A stretch of DNA of 64,000 bases from Eledone cirrhosa. Its lineage: Eukaryota. How positions within the stretch are numbered: position 1 is the stretch's first letter; the number at the start of each line of letters is the position of its first letter. The notes under the pieces are model-generated. The model saw only the letters and a list, made by a program, of their open reading frames with translations, searched no databases and was not told where the DNA came from. Below, piece by piece: positions 59,325 through 64,000 of the stretch. Made by a program: the position numbers and the translations under genes. Where the stretch lies: NCBI GenBank assembly GCA_964016885.1, contig OZ024740.1:149606001-149670000 (forward strand), in the 5' to 3' direction.

Positions 59325-61153
59325 GATAATAATGGAGCTGCGGCGCTGCAAATGGGTTACATATGAAAAAGTTTGTCCTCATCAGTGGCCTTCCAACCGT
59401 CGTAGGCATTTCGTCGCATTGAAGGCCATATACCTCAGGTTGTTGCGAGAAACGGCTAAAAAAAGTCGTTGGGACACGTAAATAAAGGGGACGCTAGGGT
59501 AACCAAACAAAATGGTTTAAGCAACAGAAAGTGATGAAGAAGAAAGAAACAAGTCCCAGATTTCTATGAATATAAATTCGGTGGAATCGTGAACGAGAGA
59601 ATAAAGACCATCAAACCTGGTTGAAATGTGAGCAAGGAAGGAATTTCGAACAGGTCTAACGGGAGGAAGAAGGGGTCTGGTCTGCGAATTCGGTAAACAT
59701 AAGTTCTGTGAAGTCGCAGACGAGAGGGAGAGAAAAAAAAATTCATACCGGCTTGGCCAAGTGCCCGCGAGAAAAGGATTACGGACAGGTCAAACGGGAA
59801 GAAAGGGGAGGAGGAGAGGTAGTGACAGAGAGTGAGTGAGTGAAAGGTGAAGAAGAGGCTAACAGAGAGAGAGAGAGACTGCTAGAAAAGGTAAAGACAC
59901 AAAGAACGAAACAGACTGGTGGCAGCGGAGGAAAAAATATATGTGTAAATATGATAATAATGGAGATGCGGCGCTGCAAATGGATTACATATGAAAAAGT
60001 TTGTCCTCATCAGTGGCCTTTCAACCGTCGTAGGCATTTCATCGCAGTGAAGGCCATATACCTCAGGTTGGTGCGAGCAACGGCTAAAAAAAGTCGTTGG
60101 GACACGTAAATAAAGGGGACGCTAGGGTAACCAAACAAAATGGTTTAAGCAACAGAAAGTGATGAAAAAGAAAGAAACAAGTCCCAGATTTCTATGAATA
60201 TAAATTCGGTGGAATCGTGAACGAGAGAATAAAGACCATCAAACCTGGTTGAAATGTGAGCAAGGAAGGAATTTGGCACAGGTCTAACGGGAGGAAGAAG
60301 GGGTCTGGTCTGCGAATTCGGTAAACATAAGTTCTGTGAAGTCGCAGACGAGAAAGAGAGAAAAAAAATTCATACCGGCTTGGCAAAGTGCCCGCGAGAA
60401 AAGGATTACGGACAGGTCAAACGGGAAGAAAGGGGAGGAGGAGAGGTAGTGACAGAGAGTGAGTGAGTGAAAGGTGAAGAAGAGGCTAACAGAGAGAGAG
60501 AGAGAGACTGCTAGAAAAGGTAAAGACACAAAGAACGAAACAGACTGGTGGCAGCGGAGGAAAAAATATATGTGTAAATCTGATAATAATGGAGATGCGG
60601 CGCTGCAAATGGATTACATATGAAAAAGTTTGTCCTCATCAGTGGCCTTCCAACCGTCGTAGGCATTTCGTCGCAGTGAAGGCCATATACCTCAGGTTGG
60701 TGCGAGCAACGGCTAAAAAAAGTCGTTGGGACACGTAAATAAAGGGGACGCTAGGGTAACCAAACAAAATGGTTTAAGCAACAGAAAGTGATGAAAAAGA
60801 AAGAAACAAGTCCCAGATTTCTATGAATATAAATTCGGTGGAATCGTGAACGAGAGAATAAAGACCATCAAACCTGGTTGAAATGTGAGCAAGGAAGGAA
60901 TTTCGCACAGGTCTAACGGGAGGAAGAAGGGGTCTGGTCTGCGAATTCGGTAAACATAAGTTCTGTGAAGTCGCAGACGAGAAAGAGAGAAAAAAAATTC
61001 ATACCGGCTTGGCAAAGTGCCCGCGAGAAAAGGATTACGGACAGGTCAAACGGGAAGAAAGGGGAAGAGGAGAGGTAGTGACAGAGAGTGAGTGAGTGAA
61101 AGGTGAGGAAGAGGTTAACAGAGAGAGAGAGACTGCTAGAAAGGGTAAAGACA
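59324..61153 (-). repeat. Tandem array of a 628-629-bp non-coding unit (~2.9 copies) inside (TA)n
   Basis: Unit starts tgataataatggag at 59324, 59952 and 60581; copies are nearly identical. Confidence 0.95.
60632..60732 (-). ncRNA. Structured RNA with hammerhead core elements in rearranged order (copies 59375-59475, 60003-60103, 43719-43820)
   Basis: ggta-TA-tggccttc ... c-GAAA-tgcc ... gaaggcca-CTGATGA-g, with compensatory changes in the 43.7-kb copy. Confidence 0.6.
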
Positions 61154-61173
61154 TATATATGTATATATATATG

Positions 61174-61275
<102 letters not shown>

Positions 61276-61676
61276 CATATATATATATACATATAATAAA
61301 GAATTTATATCTAGTAACATATATATACATACAAATGCATATCGATGCTAGCAAATATATAGGTTTTGTCTTAATAACATTGTGGTTCAATGCATGGGGT
61401 TGCAGAACAATAATATAAGAGACGTAAGATAAGAAAATTATAAAATTAACTTACTTACTAAAATATCACTTCCAACTAATTAGTTTCTGGAATGGAGTAG
61501 ATACATCTTCCGAAGAAGGTGTAGAGAAACATCCCGTCATCAGGAAGATGTATCTACTCCATTCCAGGAACTAATTAGTTGGAAGTGATATTTTAGTAAG
61601 TAAGTTAATTTTATAATTTTCTTATCTTACGTCTCTTATATATACATATATGTATATATATATGTATATATATATG

Positions 61677-61785
<109 letters not shown>

Positions 61786-61906
61786 GAATATATATATATG
61801 TATATATATATATATATGTATATATATATTTGTATATATATATATGTATATATATATATATGTATATATATATATGTATATATATATATGTATATATGTA
61901 TATGTA

Positions 61907-61991
<85 letters not shown>

Positions 61992-62632
61992 GTGGAGTGA
62001 AACCGTGCACCGAATCTCCCTGCAACAAGTCTTAACACCCCGGCGGGTCGGCGCTGCAACATAACACCCAAGAAACTATCCTTGCGTACCAGACCCAGCC
62101 TCAAACGACTCAGACAAACAGATGCGGCAAAAAAACTCTCAAAATAAGCGTTGATTACATACGTATCGACAATGGTAAGGTTGTAACCCCATCTCGTAGC
62201 GGATAAAAAAATTTGTCCGGGAAAGACTTCCCTAACAACGGCCAGAGTTACCTCCCTTGACCTGCTGCAAAATCAAAACAAGCTATTTTTGCGATCAATG
62301 AACCTTGACGTGGATTTAACCCCAAAAACTCTTTCCGAGTTTCCGAGCAATGTAAGGAACACTTTTGATTATTTATGCTCTTGAGAAGTCCAACTGGGTG
62401 AAACGTACGTATGTGCTGTTTTAAATAAACATGTTTTTAACGGTCTATTCTCCGATTTCTTACTTTCCACGTGCTTACGCTCTGCTAACTCTCTAGCCCA
62501 CTAAATATTAACACTTCGAATATTTAATACTGCCGGCACTAGTATCGAGCACCTTTGGCATACGCTACTTGGCAAATAACTATATGTATCACCTATCCTC
62601 CCCTTTTTTTTCTCTCTCTCGATACGTAAATA

Positions 62633-62724
<92 letters not shown>

Positions 62725-62929
62725 ACGAAGGAAATGTGGTAAGGAACCAAGTGCACCATAACGCACCAAAGTACTCAATACTTAGGGTAGTAGAGTGGGT
62801 AATAGGAACGAGTAGGACCCCGACGGCTGAGCTCAAGCCGTTTCGACGGCTAATTCTGGACTAAAATGTTTTTAGTCCAGAATTAGCCGTCGAAACGGCT
62901 TGAGCTCACCCGTCGGGGTCCTACTCGTT

Positions 62930-62986
<57 letters not shown>

Positions 62987-63020
62987 GGATTTTAATGGAT
63001 ACAGTTTAGTTAAAGGGAAT

Positions 63021-63141
63021 TTATTGACACGTGTTTCTATAACAGTTACATAACCTGAAAACAGCTGCTATCTACAAAGTATTAGTTATGCAGACATTCA
63101 ATATTTCAATGTTATTATCAACTGTCATTTCATCGGAATAA
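63021..63141 (-). ncRNA. Hammerhead variant (C4 core, long stem II)
   Basis: ttatt-CCGATGA-a-atgacagtt...aactgttat-a-GAAA-cacgtg-TC-aataa; partial copy at 10255-10300. Confidence 0.62.
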
Positions 63142-63658
63142 TTTTACTGAGGACCTGTTTGGTTTTTATAGAGAATATTAGGAGGGAGGGGTGAAGTTGT
63201 TAGAAGAATAGTTGAGGGAGTGGTTTTTTGATAGCAGTGAGAATTTTTGGTGGCAGTGAGTAATTATATTCCCATCTGTTGTTTTGACATTTTTATAGAA
63301 TATATTATTGGTTATTTTTCTAAATCTATAGAAGGATTAGAGATAGTATAGATATGCGTGGTTGGTTTTGTGTTTGCACTTAATTAACATTCAGACTTAA
63401 ATTTTTCTTTCAAGTGTACGTATCCTTTCGCCCACGCATTCACACACAAACATATATGCACACCTCTACAAAATACATATACTCACATACACATACTTAC
63501 ATGCTCATACTTACATACATATACACATGCATACATATATATATATACACATATATACATGTACATACATACGGGTTCATGTGTATACATTTTCATACTC
63601 AACTTATCTTTATATACACACGTATAGACACACACATATATAAACACATACTCCAGTC

Positions 63659-63723
<65 letters not shown>

Positions 63724-64000
63724 ACTTTAATACATGAATGCACTTACATCTAACTATACACATCAAACATATATATATATTTACTTATTTATATACATTT
63801 TCACATATATATACATACTTATGGTCGCTTTTAGACACATTCAATATAGCATATTTGCACCTATTTTCATCAGCATATTTTTCCATCATTAGTGTGGTAA
63901 TTTAAGGTTATTAATATACATATATATGTTGAGAAGAGATTGTTTTTATATTTTTCTAACTAGATTGAGGTTTATATAGTTGGGGGATGTCCCTCTTTTA

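Noticed and set aside
60632-60732. HDV-like ribozyme, C/D snoRNA, RNase P or group I intron reading of the structured motif
   Set aside because: I could not fit the nested double pseudoknot, terminal C/D boxes or P7-type elements; the hammerhead-strand reading explains more of the conserved positions.

Overview
AT-rich animal DNA, probably from a cephalopod such as Octopus (inferred from the SINE types and very long (TA)n/(CA)n tracts). I find no host gene or exon chain; the window is a nest of transposable elements. It contains a degenerate autonomous Helitron (STPR repeats, HUH Rep, PIF1 helicase) and several Helitron derivatives, CR1-group LINE fragments, tRNA-type SINEs, hAT-like MITEs and many Penelope-like (RT + GIY-YIG) fragments. 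About 20 minimal hammerhead ribozyme motifs occur, many in short cassettes between (TA)n tracts. Three things stand out. (1) A young 1.4-kb non-autonomous LTR element (4128-5537; GGTT target duplication, tRNA-Trp primer site) whose whole interior is one intact ORF for a divergent EB1/MAPRE calponin-homology microtubule-binding domain. (2) A non-coding repeat family (629-bp tandem array at 59.3-61.2 kb, relative at 43.7 kb) carrying a covarying RNA structure with all hammerhead core pieces in a non-circularly permuted order. (3) A candidate programmed -1 frameshift (U UUU UUA) joining two ORFs of a Penelope-like element. Most entries in the ORF track are microsatellite artefacts. All identifications were made by eye, without database searches.
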